Shown: positions 1 through 10,278 of the stretch, in pieces | Layout: each line of letters opens with the position of its first letter | Numbering within the stretch: the first letter of the stretch is position 1 | Assembly: GCA_003278145.1 (NCBI GenBank) | Contig: QCGV01000001.1 | Coordinates: forward strand, 323,626-387,625 | Origin: OCS116 cluster bacterium AG-390-A19 | Lineage (GTDB): Bacteria > Pseudomonadota > Alphaproteobacteria > MED-G09 | Direction of reading: 5' to 3' | Length of the DNA: 64,000 nt | Translations under genes and position numbers: made by a program | The notes under the pieces: generated by a model | Told to the model about the DNA's origin: nothing | What the model saw: only the letters and a program-made list of their open reading frames with translations | The model's database searches: none

Positions 1-2
1 CT

Positions 3-1541
3 GGTGTAGTTCTAGTTACCTCTGGGCCAGGGGCAACAAATGCGGTTACGGGTCTTACTGATGCTTTAATGGACTCTATTCCGTTGGTTTGTATATCTGG
101 TCAGGTTCCAAGTCATTTAATCGGAACAGATGCTTTTCAAGAGTGTGATACAGTAGGAATAACAAGACCATGTACTAAACATAACTGGTTAGTAAAGAGG
201 CCAGAGGATTTAGCAAAAACTATTCACCTTGCTTTTTTAGTAGCTACAACTGGAAGACCTGGACCTGTACTTATTGATATTCCAAAGGATGTTCAATTTG
301 CTGATGCAGAGTATTGTTCAATGTCTGAAGTTGAGCATTCAAGTTATAAACCAAAAATAAAGCCGGAAATTTCAGAAATTGAACAGGCTATAGAATTAAT
401 GTCAAAAGCTAAGAAACCTGTTTTTTATACAGGTGGTGGAGTTATTAATTCTGGGCCTGAGGCTAGTTACCTTTTAAGAGAGTTAGTAGCCTTAACTGGG
501 TTTCCTGTTACATCGACATTAATGGGTTTAGGCGCCTATCCTGCTAATGGTGATCAGTGGCTTGGAATGCTCGGCATGCATGGAACTTATGAAGCAAACA
601 TGACTATGCATGATAGTGATTTAATTATTAATATAGGTGCTAGGTTTGATGATAGGGTTACTGGACGATTAGATGCTTTTTCACCAAATTCAAAAAAAAT
701 TCATGTTGATATTGATCCCTCTTCTATCAATAAGACTATTGAAGTTGATATTTCAGTGATTGGTGATTGTGCTCATGTGATTGAAAATATGCTTATTTTA
801 TGGAGATCAAAGGGTTACAAAACTGATACCTCAAAGTGGTGGGATCAAATTAATAAATGGAGAGATATTAAATCTTTAAATTATGTTAAATCTGAAAAAA
901 CGATTAAACCTCAATATGCTATTGAGAGGTTGTATGAACTAACAAAAGATAAGGACACCTTTATAAGTACAGAAGTGGGTCAACATCAAATGTGGGCTGC
1001 TCAACATTATCATTTTAATGAGCCAAATAGGTGGATGACTTCAGGAGGATTGGGCACAATGGGATATGGACTTCCTGCTGCAATAGGTACTCAAGTTGCT
1101 TTTCCAAAATCAACTGTTATTGATATTGCCGGTGAAGCGTCAATTTTAATGAATATGCAAGAATTATCAACAGCTGTTCAGCACAAATTACCTGTTAAAA
1201 TATTTATTTTGAATAATCAATATATGGGTATGGTTAGGCAATGGCAAGAATTGCTTCATGGCGGCAGATATTCTCACTCTTATACAGACTCTTTACCTGA
1301 TTTTGTAAAATTAGCTGAAGCTTATGGCGCTCATGGTATTCGAGCTCAAAACCCTAAAGAGCTTGATGATAAGATTAAAGAAATGCTTGATACTGATTTA
1401 CCGGTAATTTTTGACTGTGTTGTTGATAAAGATGAAAATTGTTATCCAATGATTCCTTCTGGTGCTGGGCACAATGAGATGCTTTTGAATGATGAGGGCA
1501 TATCAATAGAGGTTGGTGATGAAGGAAAGGTTTTGATATGA
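3..1541 (+). CDS. ilvB: Acetolactate synthase large subunit (5'-truncated by the window edge)
   Basis: Frame is open from nt 3 (GVVLVTSGPGATNAVTGLTDALMDS); GTDAFQE, LGMHG, TSGGLGTMG and GEAS...NN ThDP motifs; followed by ilvN and ilvC. Confidence 0.97.
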   Translation, partial: GVVLVTSGPGATNAVTGLTDALMDSIPLVCISGQVPSHLIGTDAFQECDTVGITRPCTKHNWLVKRPEDLAKTIHLAFLVATTGRPGPVLIDIPKDVQFADAEYCSMSEVEHSSYKPKIKPEISEIEQAIELMSKAKKPVFYTGGGVINSGPEASYLLRELVALTGFPVTSTLMGLGAYPANGDQWLGMLGMHGTYEANMTMHDSDLIINIGARFDDRVTGRLDAFSPNSKKIHVDIDPSSINKTIEVDISVIGDCAHVIENMLILWRSKGYKTDTSKWWDQINKWRDIKSLNYVKSEKTIKPQYAIERLYELTKDKDTFISTEVGQHQMWAAQHYHFNEPNRWMTSGGLGTMGYGLPAAIGTQVAFPKSTVIDIAGEASILMNMQELSTAVQHKLPVKIFILNNQYMGMVRQWQELLHGGRYSHSYTDSLPDFVKLAEAYGAHGIRAQNPKELDDKIKEMLDTDLPVIFDCVVDKDENCYPMIPSGAGHNEMLLNDEGISIEVGDEGKVLI

Positions 1542-2053
1542 TTACAATCAAAGAAGATATTCAAGAAACTCATACTTTTTCCTTGCTTGTGGATAATGAA
1601 GCTGGGGTATTGGCAAGAGTAATAGGCCTTTTTTCTGGAAGGGGATATAACATTGAAAGCCTTACTGTTGCTGAAGTGGATAAAGACTCCCATACTTCTA
1701 GAATTACAATTGTTTCAAAAGGAAGTCCAAAAACAATTGATCAGATAAAACGTCATTTAGAAAGACTTGTTCCAGTTCATAAAGTAACAGATCTTACTGT
1801 TGAAGGACCTTCAGTAGAGAGAGAAATGGCGTTAATAAAAGTATTATACACTAATGAGAATAAAGAAGAAATTCTTAGGTTAGTAGAAATTTACAGAGCA
1901 AAAATTGTTGATACAACTGATAGATCATTTGTTTTTGAATTGACAGGTGCAATGGATAAAATTAATTCATTTATTGACCTTTTGCGTCCTTTAGGGTTGA
2001 ACGATATATCAAGAACTGGTTTAGCCGCAATTGCTCGTGGTTCAAAAAATTAA
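1538..2053 (+). CDS. ilvN: Acetolactate synthase small (regulatory, ACT) subunit
   Basis: LVDNEAGVLARVIGLFSGRGYNIESL motif; ATGA overlap with ilvB. Confidence 0.97.
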   Translation: MITIKEDIQETHTFSLLVDNEAGVLARVIGLFSGRGYNIESLTVAEVDKDSHTSRITIVSKGSPKTIDQIKRHLERLVPVHKVTDLTVEGPSVEREMALIKVLYTNENKEEILRLVEIYRAKIVDTTDRSFVFELTGAMDKINSFIDLLRPLGLNDISRTGLAAIARGSKN

Positions 2054-2076
2054 AATTCATTATACGGAGATTATAA

Positions 2077-3099
<1,023 letters not shown>

Positions 3100-3142
3100 T
3101 TTTTACTTGATCCAATCAAAAATTTAAGGCATTAGCTTATCT

Positions 3143-3250
3143 ATGAATATAGATAGTCAGCATAATTTGTTTTTAAATAGCAACACAAGCTTGCTTGAGA
3201 CTGTCTTATTGTCTTTAGTTCTTTTATCTCTTCTGCTTATTAGCCTCTAG
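3143..3250 (+). CDS. Putative leucine-rich leader peptide (35 aa, 13 Leu) upstream of leuA
   Basis: Hand translation: MNIDSQHNLFLNSNTSLLETVLLSLVLLSLLLISL*; ends 72 nt before the leuA ATG. Confidence 0.7.
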   Translation: MNIDSQHNLFLNSNTSLLETVLLSLVLLSLLLISL

Positions 3251-3280
3251 GACTAATCTTTTGGCGAGATGTCTTAGGGG
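3244..3280 (+). promoter_or_regulatory. RNA hairpin overlapping the leader-peptide stop codon (putative attenuator element)
   Basis: cctctaggac pairs with gtcttagggg (10 bp, 2 G-U); inner atctt/gagat stem. Confidence 0.6.
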
Positions 3281-3322
3281 ATAATTTTAAAAAGCCAAAA
3301 ATAAATTTTTTTGGAGATAAAA

Positions 3323-4858
3323 ATGAACAAAACAAATAATTATATTAAAATTTTTGATACAACCCTTAGGGATGGAGAGCAGTCTCCTGGGGCTTCAATG
3401 TCGTTGAGTGAAAAAATTCAAATAGCCGAAATTTTTGATACAATGGGTATTGATATTATTGAGGCAGGTTTTCCGATTGCTTCTGAGGGTGACTTTGAGT
3501 CTGTATCAGAAGTTTCTAAAGTTGTTAAAAACGTTCAAGTTTGCGGTTTAGCTAGAGCTGGGGATAAAGATGTTGATAGAGCAGGAGCAGCGGTAAAACA
3601 CGCAGTTAACCCTCGTATTCATACATTTATAGCAACAAGTCCAATACATATGAAATATAAATTACAAATGGATGAGGACCAGGTTATTGATGCCATTCAT
3701 CGATCAGTTTCAAGGGCTAGAAATTTAGTTGAGGATGTTCAGTGGTCTGCTGAAGATGCAACTAGAACTGATAGAGGTTTTCTTTATAAATGTGTCGAGA
3801 CCGCTATTTCATCAGGAGCTTCAACTATAAATATTCCCGATACTGTTGGCTACACAACTCCTGAGGAGTATTTTGAAATTATTGACTCATTGATTAACAA
3901 CGTACCCTCAGCTGATAAGGTTACATTTTCAACTCATTGTCATAATGACCTTGGTTTAGCAGTTGCTAATTCTTTATCTGGTGTAAGGGCTGGTGCAAGA
4001 CAAATTGAATGTACTATGAATGGAATTGGAGAACGTGCAGGTAATGCTGCTCTTGAAGAATTGGTTATGTCAATGAAAGTAAGAAAAGACATATTAAATT
4101 ATGAATCTAAAGTAGATACTACTCTTTTTACAAGGGCTTCTAGGTTAGTTTCATCAGTAACGTCATTTCCAGTTCAATATAACAAAGCTATTGTTGGAAA
4201 GAATGCTTTTGCCCATGAATCTGGTATTCATCAGGATGGTATGCTTAAAAATAATGAAACATATGAGATTATGACTCCTGAGAGTATTGGATTAAGTGAA
4301 TCAACTCTTGTTATGGGTAAACATTCTGGTCGCCATGCTTTTAAAGAAAAAGCTTTTGAACTCGGATATGAGCTTGCTGATAATCAATTAAATGATGCAT
4401 TTTATAGATTTAAAGATTTAGCAGATAAAAAGAAGGAAATATTTGATGATGATATCATAGCAATTATTGATGATGAGTTTTCTACGAGTTTAGATCATAT
4501 AAAATTAATTTCACTAAAAATTGAAGCTGGTACCTTTGGACCTCAAATTGCAGATTTATCGCTTGAAATAGATAATAAAGAGATATCAAGCGTATCAGAA
4601 GGGTCTGGTCCAGTTGATGCCATATTTAATGCAATTAAAAATCTTTTTCCTCATAATGCTGACCTTCAGCTATATCAAGTTCATGCAGTAACTCAGGGCA
4701 CTGATGCCCAGGCAGAAGTGAGCGTTCGTTTGCATGAGGATGGTAAAACAGTTGTAGGTAGAGGTGCTGATACAGATACTCTAGTAGCTTCTGCAAGGGC
4801 TTATATTGCTGCTTTAAATAGGTTAATTATAAAGAGAGAAAAAAATAATCCTAATTAA
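3323..4858 (+). CDS. leuA: 2-isopropylmalate synthase
   Basis: IFDTTLRDGEQSPG, HCHNDLG, NGIGERAGN, HESGIHQDG; ATG at 3323 after GGAG preferred over TTG 3311. Confidence 0.98.
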   Translation: MNKTNNYIKIFDTTLRDGEQSPGASMSLSEKIQIAEIFDTMGIDIIEAGFPIASEGDFESVSEVSKVVKNVQVCGLARAGDKDVDRAGAAVKHAVNPRIHTFIATSPIHMKYKLQMDEDQVIDAIHRSVSRARNLVEDVQWSAEDATRTDRGFLYKCVETAISSGASTINIPDTVGYTTPEEYFEIIDSLINNVPSADKVTFSTHCHNDLGLAVANSLSGVRAGARQIECTMNGIGERAGNAALEELVMSMKVRKDILNYESKVDTTLFTRASRLVSSVTSFPVQYNKAIVGKNAFAHESGIHQDGMLKNNETYEIMTPESIGLSESTLVMGKHSGRHAFKEKAFELGYELADNQLNDAFYRFKDLADKKKEIFDDDIIAIIDDEFSTSLDHIKLISLKIEAGTFGPQIADLSLEIDNKEISSVSEGSGPVDAIFNAIKNLFPHNADLQLYQVHAVTQGTDAQAEVSVRLHEDGKTVVGRGADTDTLVASARAYIAALNRLIIKREKNNPN

Positions 4859-4881
4859 ATAAATTATGGATAGACAATTTT

Positions 4882-5700
4882 ATGCATCCTATTGATGAAA
4901 TTATGGAAGAAAGGTGCCCAAATCTTATGAAAAATAAGATTTTGTGGTCATTTATTAAGCCATCTATCTTTAAGGTTTTTAAATATTATGACGCAAAAAG
5001 AATTGTTGATGATATTTCTGAAAAGTCAGGATTTGAGTGTTTTACATACTTAACTAATTTTCTTCAATCAGATCATTTTGTTAAAGACATCAATAATGTT
5101 CCTAAAAGTGGGCCAATAATACTAGCTGGTAATCATCCAACTGGTTTAACTGATGGTATTGTAATGTTTGATGTATTAAAGGATCATAGACCTGACTATA
5201 CTCTTTACGCGAATTCAGATATGATTAAAATTGCCAAAGGGTTTCAGGATATAATTATTCCAGTTGATTGGAATGAAAAGAATAAATCATCTGAAAAAAG
5301 CCGTATGATTTTGAAATCAACAAAGGATGCCCTTCTAGGAAATAAAGCTTTGCTAGTTTTTCCTTCTTCACGTCTCTCTAAAAGAAAAGGTGCATACTTA
5401 TATGAAAGACCTTGGTTAACAACCATAATAAAACTCTCTAAGAAATATAATGCACCAATTGTTCCATTTCACATGACTGGATCAAATTCCCTTTTATTTT
5501 ATTTTTTAGAAATAGTTAATACAGAATTAAAAGATGTAAGCCTATTTAGAGAGCTATTTAATAAAAAAAATTTTAACTATAAAATAAAATTTGGGAAAAA
5601 AATCCATCCATCATCTTTGGCTGATAATGTTGAGAAGGAAATAGCAAATATTCAAAATTATGTAGAGTATTCACTTGGAAAACCGCCATCAATCTTATAA
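4882..5700 (+). CDS. PlsC-family (lyso)phospholipid acyltransferase ('putative hemolysin' type)
   Basis: NHPTGLTD (HX4-5D) and LVFPS acyltransferase blocks. Confidence 0.75.
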   Translation: MHPIDEIMEERCPNLMKNKILWSFIKPSIFKVFKYYDAKRIVDDISEKSGFECFTYLTNFLQSDHFVKDINNVPKSGPIILAGNHPTGLTDGIVMFDVLKDHRPDYTLYANSDMIKIAKGFQDIIIPVDWNEKNKSSEKSRMILKSTKDALLGNKALLVFPSSRLSKRKGAYLYERPWLTTIIKLSKKYNAPIVPFHMTGSNSLLFYFLEIVNTELKDVSLFRELFNKKNFNYKIKFGKKIHPSSLADNVEKEIANIQNYVEYSLGKPPSIL

Positions 5701-5704
5701 AAAA

Positions 5705-6220
5705 TTAAGAATTTTTACTGTAAAGCCTTCGATATAATTTATCTTCGAGATTTAAGCCCACTCCAGATTGTAACTGATCCATAGCATCACCAAGATCACT
5801 TACCTCAGATGTAAAATTATAATCCAAAATATATTCACTTCTAGACATCAACCAATCCTGGTTAGTTTTCTTGAAGCTATTATGATATCTCCCACCAAAG
5901 AAATTTAAATTTTTACCATCATGAGTTGATGTTGCTATTCCATAGCACTCAACCTCAGCATTTTCTCCATCTATTTCAATGGCTACATTTGATAGAAAAT
6001 GATATCTATGCATAGACTGTCTTTCGACTTCCATTACAACAGGATAGAAACCTTGGACATCTCCTTTATAAAATCCATAATCTATGTAAGCATCTTGTGT
6101 ATAACAAGTGCGTAAAAGTTCTTCGTCTAACCAATCTAGAGATCGACAATATCTCGTTATTGTCTGATTAATAGATAAATGAGCTTCTATATTATTTAAC
6201 CTTTTTTCTATGTCTGACAT
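5705..6220 (-). CDS. SnoaL/NTF2-like protein (LinA/BaiE-like)
   Basis: RYCRSLDWLD, H-FLSN and GGRY pattern typical of the SnoaL_4 family. Confidence 0.8.
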   Translation of the reverse strand: MSDIEKRLNNIEAHLSINQTITRYCRSLDWLDEELLRTCYTQDAYIDYGFYKGDVQGFYPVVMEVERQSMHRYHFLSNVAIEIDGENAEVECYGIATSTHDGKNLNFFGGRYHNSFKKTNQDWLMSRSEYILDYNFTSEVSDLGDAMDQLQSGVGLNLEDKLYRRLYSKNS

Positions 6221-6338
6221 TTATTACTCCTATTTCCATAAATATTTATAATTAAATTAGAATAAATATAGTTTATTTCTATTGAAACATATTTCAAAAA
6301 CTACTTATATAATATTTTGATATTTTTAGGATGTATTT

Positions 6339-8300
6339 ATGCGCTTTTTAATCTTTCTTGTTTTTATTTTTTATATTAACCCTTCCTATTCCGCGACTGA
6401 TGATTGGACATCATACGGAAAAGGCTCTGGTGGAGGTCATTTTTCTAAAGCTGATGAAATTACCCCTGAAAATGTTAGAAAACTAGAAAGGGTGTGGGTT
6501 CATAGATCGGGAGATTATAAAGGTGGGGCAAACTCTGCTGGAGTAAAAGGAGGAGAGTATCAGACATCTTTTCAAGCAACACCGTTGCTTGTCGATGACA
6601 CTCTATTTTATTGTACTTCATTTAATAGAGTTTTTGCTCTAGACCCCGAAACTGGAAAAGAAAAGTGGGTATTTGATCCAAAACTTAAAAAAGATGGTAG
6701 AGCGATTTTAGCTTGCAGAGGTCTAAGTAGTTGGAAAGACAAAACAAAATCTTCCTTTGAAAAATGTCATCACAGAATAATGGGTGTTACAATTGATGCG
6801 GAACTCTTTTCTATTGATGGAAAAAGCGGAGAACTTTGTAATGATTTTGGTGATAATGGAAGGGTAAATCTTAGAGAGGGACTTGGAGATCATCCTGCCT
6901 TGTACTACTGGAGTACCTCTCCTCCAGCAATTATAAATGAAAAAATTGTAGTAGGAGGAAGTGTTATTGATAACTTGTCAACAGATATACCAGGAGGAGT
7001 GGTAAGAGCATTTGACATAAGATCAGGGGAACTATCATGGTACTGGGATCCAATTCCTCAAGAAGAAGCAACAATAATGGATGAAAATGGCAATCCTTTG
7101 TACCGAAGAGGTACTGCAAATGTTTGGTCAATCATATCAGCTGACCCTGATTTAAATATGGTTTATCTCCCAACTGGTAATGCTTCTCCAGACTATTATG
7201 GCGGTCATAGAGAAGGTCTTGAGGAGTATTCAAGTTCAATTGTTGCATTAAATGCTGATACTGGAGAATTAATTTGGAGCTTTCAAACAGTTCATCATGA
7301 TATTTGGGATTATGATGTTCCTTCTCAACCAACTTTTTATGAATTTGAAAGAAATGGAAAAGTAATAAAAGCACTTGCTCAAACAACAAAGACTGGTCTT
7401 ACTTTTTTATTAAATAGAGAGACTGGTAAGCCTATATTCCCTATTGAAGAAAAAGAAGTTCCTCAAGGAGCGATCGAAGGAGATTATGTAAGTAAAACTC
7501 AACCTTTTCCTACTAAACCAGCACCTCTAAATCCAATATATTTTGATCCTGAAAAAGCTTTTGGATTTACTTTTTGGGATCGAGGTCATTGCAAGAGAAC
7601 TGCAAAGAAATTAAGGAATGAGGGTTTATTTACGCCCCCCTCTCTTCAAGGAAGCATTCACTATCCCAGCGCTGTTGGTGGAAATAATTGGGGAGGACCT
7701 GCTGTAGATCCGGAAAGAAATATCATGGTTGTTAATACAAACAATATGGCCAGTTTAATAGTTATGATCCCTAGAGAGGATTGTAATAAACCTCTTGAAG
7801 AGCTCTCAGTTAATAAAAACCAAGTTAGATATACTAATATTGAGACAAATGAAGGCGCTCCATATTGTAATCTTCGTTCAATGGGTTTCTTTTCTCCATT
7901 AGGTGTACCATGTACTGAGCCTCCTTGGGGAACATTAACTGCTATTGATCTTAATAATGGTGAACATTTATGGAATGTTCCATTGGGAACTTCTAAGGAT
8001 TTAGCACCTTTTCCTTTTTGGTGGATTAAAGGAGCCCCTAATATAGGCGGTCCAACAGTTACTGCATCTGGTGTAACCTTCATTGGTGCAACAAGTGATC
8101 ATTATTTAAGAGCCTTCAATACTGAAACAGGTGAAGAGATAGCAAAGTTCAGACTTCCTACAGGCGCACATGCAACCCCTATGACTTATACAAATAAAGA
8201 AGGTAAGCAATTTGTTGTAATCGCTGCGGGAGGGCATTGGGCTATTGGAACACCAGCTTCAGATCACTTGATTGCCTTTGCGCTTCCCGAAAATAAATAG
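6339..8300 (+). CDS. PQQ-dependent dehydrogenase, glucose/quinate/shikimate (mGDH-like) family, with signal peptide
   Basis: FQATP, CRG, W-docking repeats, HHDIWDYDVPSQP, GNNWGG, PPWG, HATPMTY, AAGGH. Confidence 0.9.
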   Translation: MRFLIFLVFIFYINPSYSATDDWTSYGKGSGGGHFSKADEITPENVRKLERVWVHRSGDYKGGANSAGVKGGEYQTSFQATPLLVDDTLFYCTSFNRVFALDPETGKEKWVFDPKLKKDGRAILACRGLSSWKDKTKSSFEKCHHRIMGVTIDAELFSIDGKSGELCNDFGDNGRVNLREGLGDHPALYYWSTSPPAIINEKIVVGGSVIDNLSTDIPGGVVRAFDIRSGELSWYWDPIPQEEATIMDENGNPLYRRGTANVWSIISADPDLNMVYLPTGNASPDYYGGHREGLEEYSSSIVALNADTGELIWSFQTVHHDIWDYDVPSQPTFYEFERNGKVIKALAQTTKTGLTFLLNRETGKPIFPIEEKEVPQGAIEGDYVSKTQPFPTKPAPLNPIYFDPEKAFGFTFWDRGHCKRTAKKLRNEGLFTPPSLQGSIHYPSAVGGNNWGGPAVDPERNIMVVNTNNMASLIVMIPREDCNKPLEELSVNKNQVRYTNIETNEGAPYCNLRSMGFFSPLGVPCTEPPWGTLTAIDLNNGEHLWNVPLGTSKDLAPFPFWWIKGAPNIGGPTVTASGVTFIGATSDHYLRAFNTETGEEIAKFRLPTGAHATPMTYTNKEGKQFVVIAAGGHWAIGTPASDHLIAFALPENK

Positions 8301-8308
8301 GATATTTT

Positions 8309-10276
8309 ATGATTAGAGTACTTTTAATATTAATTTTTATTATCTCTTACCAATCACTTAATGCAAAAAACGATGATTGGTCTTCATATGGAAAAGATTC
8401 TGGTGGTGGTCACTATTCTGAAGCAGATGAAATTACACCTGAAAATGTAAAAAATTTAAAAAAGATTTGGGAGCACAGATCCGGTGATTTTCATGCTGGA
8501 TTAAATTGGACTGAGGATGTTACACCAAATAGTAGTCAGCAAACTTCATTTCAAGCAACTCCAATTTTAGTTAATGACACTTTATTTTATTGCACACCTT
8601 ATAATAGAGTTTTTGCTCTAGATCCTGAGACTGGGGAAGAAAAATGGGTATTTGATCCCAAAATTGAAATTGAACAAAAAGCACTTCTTCATTGTAGAGG
8701 GGTTGGTAGTTGGATAGATATAAATAAAACTGAAAATGAAGAGTGTTATCATCGTATTATTACTGGAACGATTGACGCCGAACTTTTTGCTATAGATGGG
8801 AAAACTGGAAAACTTTGTTCTGACTTTGGAGACTATGGAAAGGTAAATTTAAGAGATGGTCTTGGTGAGCATAATCCTGCTTATTATTATAGTGTTTCCC
8901 CTCCAGCAATTATTGGTGATATTATTGTTGTTGGAGGAGGTATTGCTGATAATGTTAGTACATCTGTTCCTGGGGGAGTTGTTCGCGCTTATAACATTAG
9001 AACTGGTGATTTAATATGGTATTGGGATCCTATACCTCCAGGCCAAGAGCCAATAATTGACGAAGAGGGACAACAATTATATCAAAGAGGGACAACAAAT
9101 GTATGGTCGATTATATCGACTGATCCTGAACTAAACTTAATATACCTTCCAACAGGCAATACTGCTGCAGATAATTACGGTGGTCATAGAAATGGTTCAG
9201 ATTATTATTCGAGTTCTGTAGTAGCTTTAGATGCTTCAAGTGGAGAAGTTGTTTGGCATTTCCAAACGGTTTATCATGATATTTGGGATTATGATGTTCC
9301 CTCTCAACCAACTTTTTATGAATTTGAAAGGAATGGAGAAGTTATAAAAGCATTAGCACAGACAACCAAAATGGGTTTTGTTTTCCTATTAAACAGAGAG
9401 ACAGGTGAGCCTATTTTTCCTATAGAAGAGCGAGAGGTTCCACAAGGTGCTGTCGAGGGTGACTATGTTACTAAAACTCAGCCCTTTCCATCAAAACCAG
9501 CTCCTTTGACACCTACTTATTTAGATCCTGAAGAAGTTTTTGGTTTTACTCCTTGGGATAAAGGTTATTGTAAAAAAGCTGCTAAAGATTTGAGAAATGA
9601 GGGTCTTTATACACCTCCATCTTTGGAAGGTAGTGTTCACTATCCGAGTGCAATAGGGGGTGCAAATTGGGGAGGCCCTGCAGTTGATGCTTCCAGGAAT
9701 ATTCTTATTGCCAATACAATGAATTTATCAAGCACAATAGTAATGGTTCCAAGGAAGGACTGTGATAAAGCCCTTAAGGAATTAGCAAGAGATAACGTTC
9801 AATCAAGATTTTCAGCATTACAACAAAATGAGGGAACACCTTATTGCACTATAAGAGCTTATGGATTTATGTCTCCGTTAGGAGTTCCATGTACTAAACC
9901 CCCATGGGGAAATCTTACTGCTATTGACTTAAATACTGGTGATCATTTATGGCAAATTCCATTAGGAACATCCAAAGATTTAGCACCTTTTCCTTTTTGG
10001 TGGATAAAAGGAGCACCAAATATTGGTGGTCCAACAGTAACTACTACAGGTTTAACATTTATAGCTGCAACTAGTGACTATTACTTAAGAGCATTTAAGA
10101 CCGAAACAGGTGAAGAGTTAGCTAAATTTAGATTACCAACAGCTGGTCATGCAACACCAATGACTTATACCAATAAGATTGGTAAACAATTTGTTGTAAT
10201 TGCTGCAGGAGGACACTGGGCAGTTGGTTCCCCAGCCTCAGATCATTTAATTGCATTTGCTTTAGAGGATAAATAA
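8309..10276 (+). CDS. Second PQQ-dependent dehydrogenase (tandem paralog)
   Basis: Same motifs, colinear with 6339..8300; N-terminal signal peptide. Confidence 0.9.
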   Translation: MIRVLLILIFIISYQSLNAKNDDWSSYGKDSGGGHYSEADEITPENVKNLKKIWEHRSGDFHAGLNWTEDVTPNSSQQTSFQATPILVNDTLFYCTPYNRVFALDPETGEEKWVFDPKIEIEQKALLHCRGVGSWIDINKTENEECYHRIITGTIDAELFAIDGKTGKLCSDFGDYGKVNLRDGLGEHNPAYYYSVSPPAIIGDIIVVGGGIADNVSTSVPGGVVRAYNIRTGDLIWYWDPIPPGQEPIIDEEGQQLYQRGTTNVWSIISTDPELNLIYLPTGNTAADNYGGHRNGSDYYSSSVVALDASSGEVVWHFQTVYHDIWDYDVPSQPTFYEFERNGEVIKALAQTTKMGFVFLLNRETGEPIFPIEEREVPQGAVEGDYVTKTQPFPSKPAPLTPTYLDPEEVFGFTPWDKGYCKKAAKDLRNEGLYTPPSLEGSVHYPSAIGGANWGGPAVDASRNILIANTMNLSSTIVMVPRKDCDKALKELARDNVQSRFSALQQNEGTPYCTIRAYGFMSPLGVPCTKPPWGNLTAIDLNTGDHLWQIPLGTSKDLAPFPFWWIKGAPNIGGPTVTTTGLTFIAATSDYYLRAFKTETGEELAKFRLPTAGHATPMTYTNKIGKQFVVIAAGGHWAVGSPASDHLIAFALEDK

Positions 10277-10278
10277 AA

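Noticed and set aside
6258-6297. Inverted repeats (ttgaaa-cata-tttcaa) in the SnoaL/PQQ divergent promoter
   Set aside because: Short and almost all A/T, so expected by chance at this composition
7294-7325. WDYD as a lanthanide-binding signature in the PQQ enzymes
   Set aside because: That rule applies to XoxF/ExaF/PedH alcohol dehydrogenases; these proteins lack the vicinal CC and have the mGDH-family WDxDxPxQP, where DxD is normal
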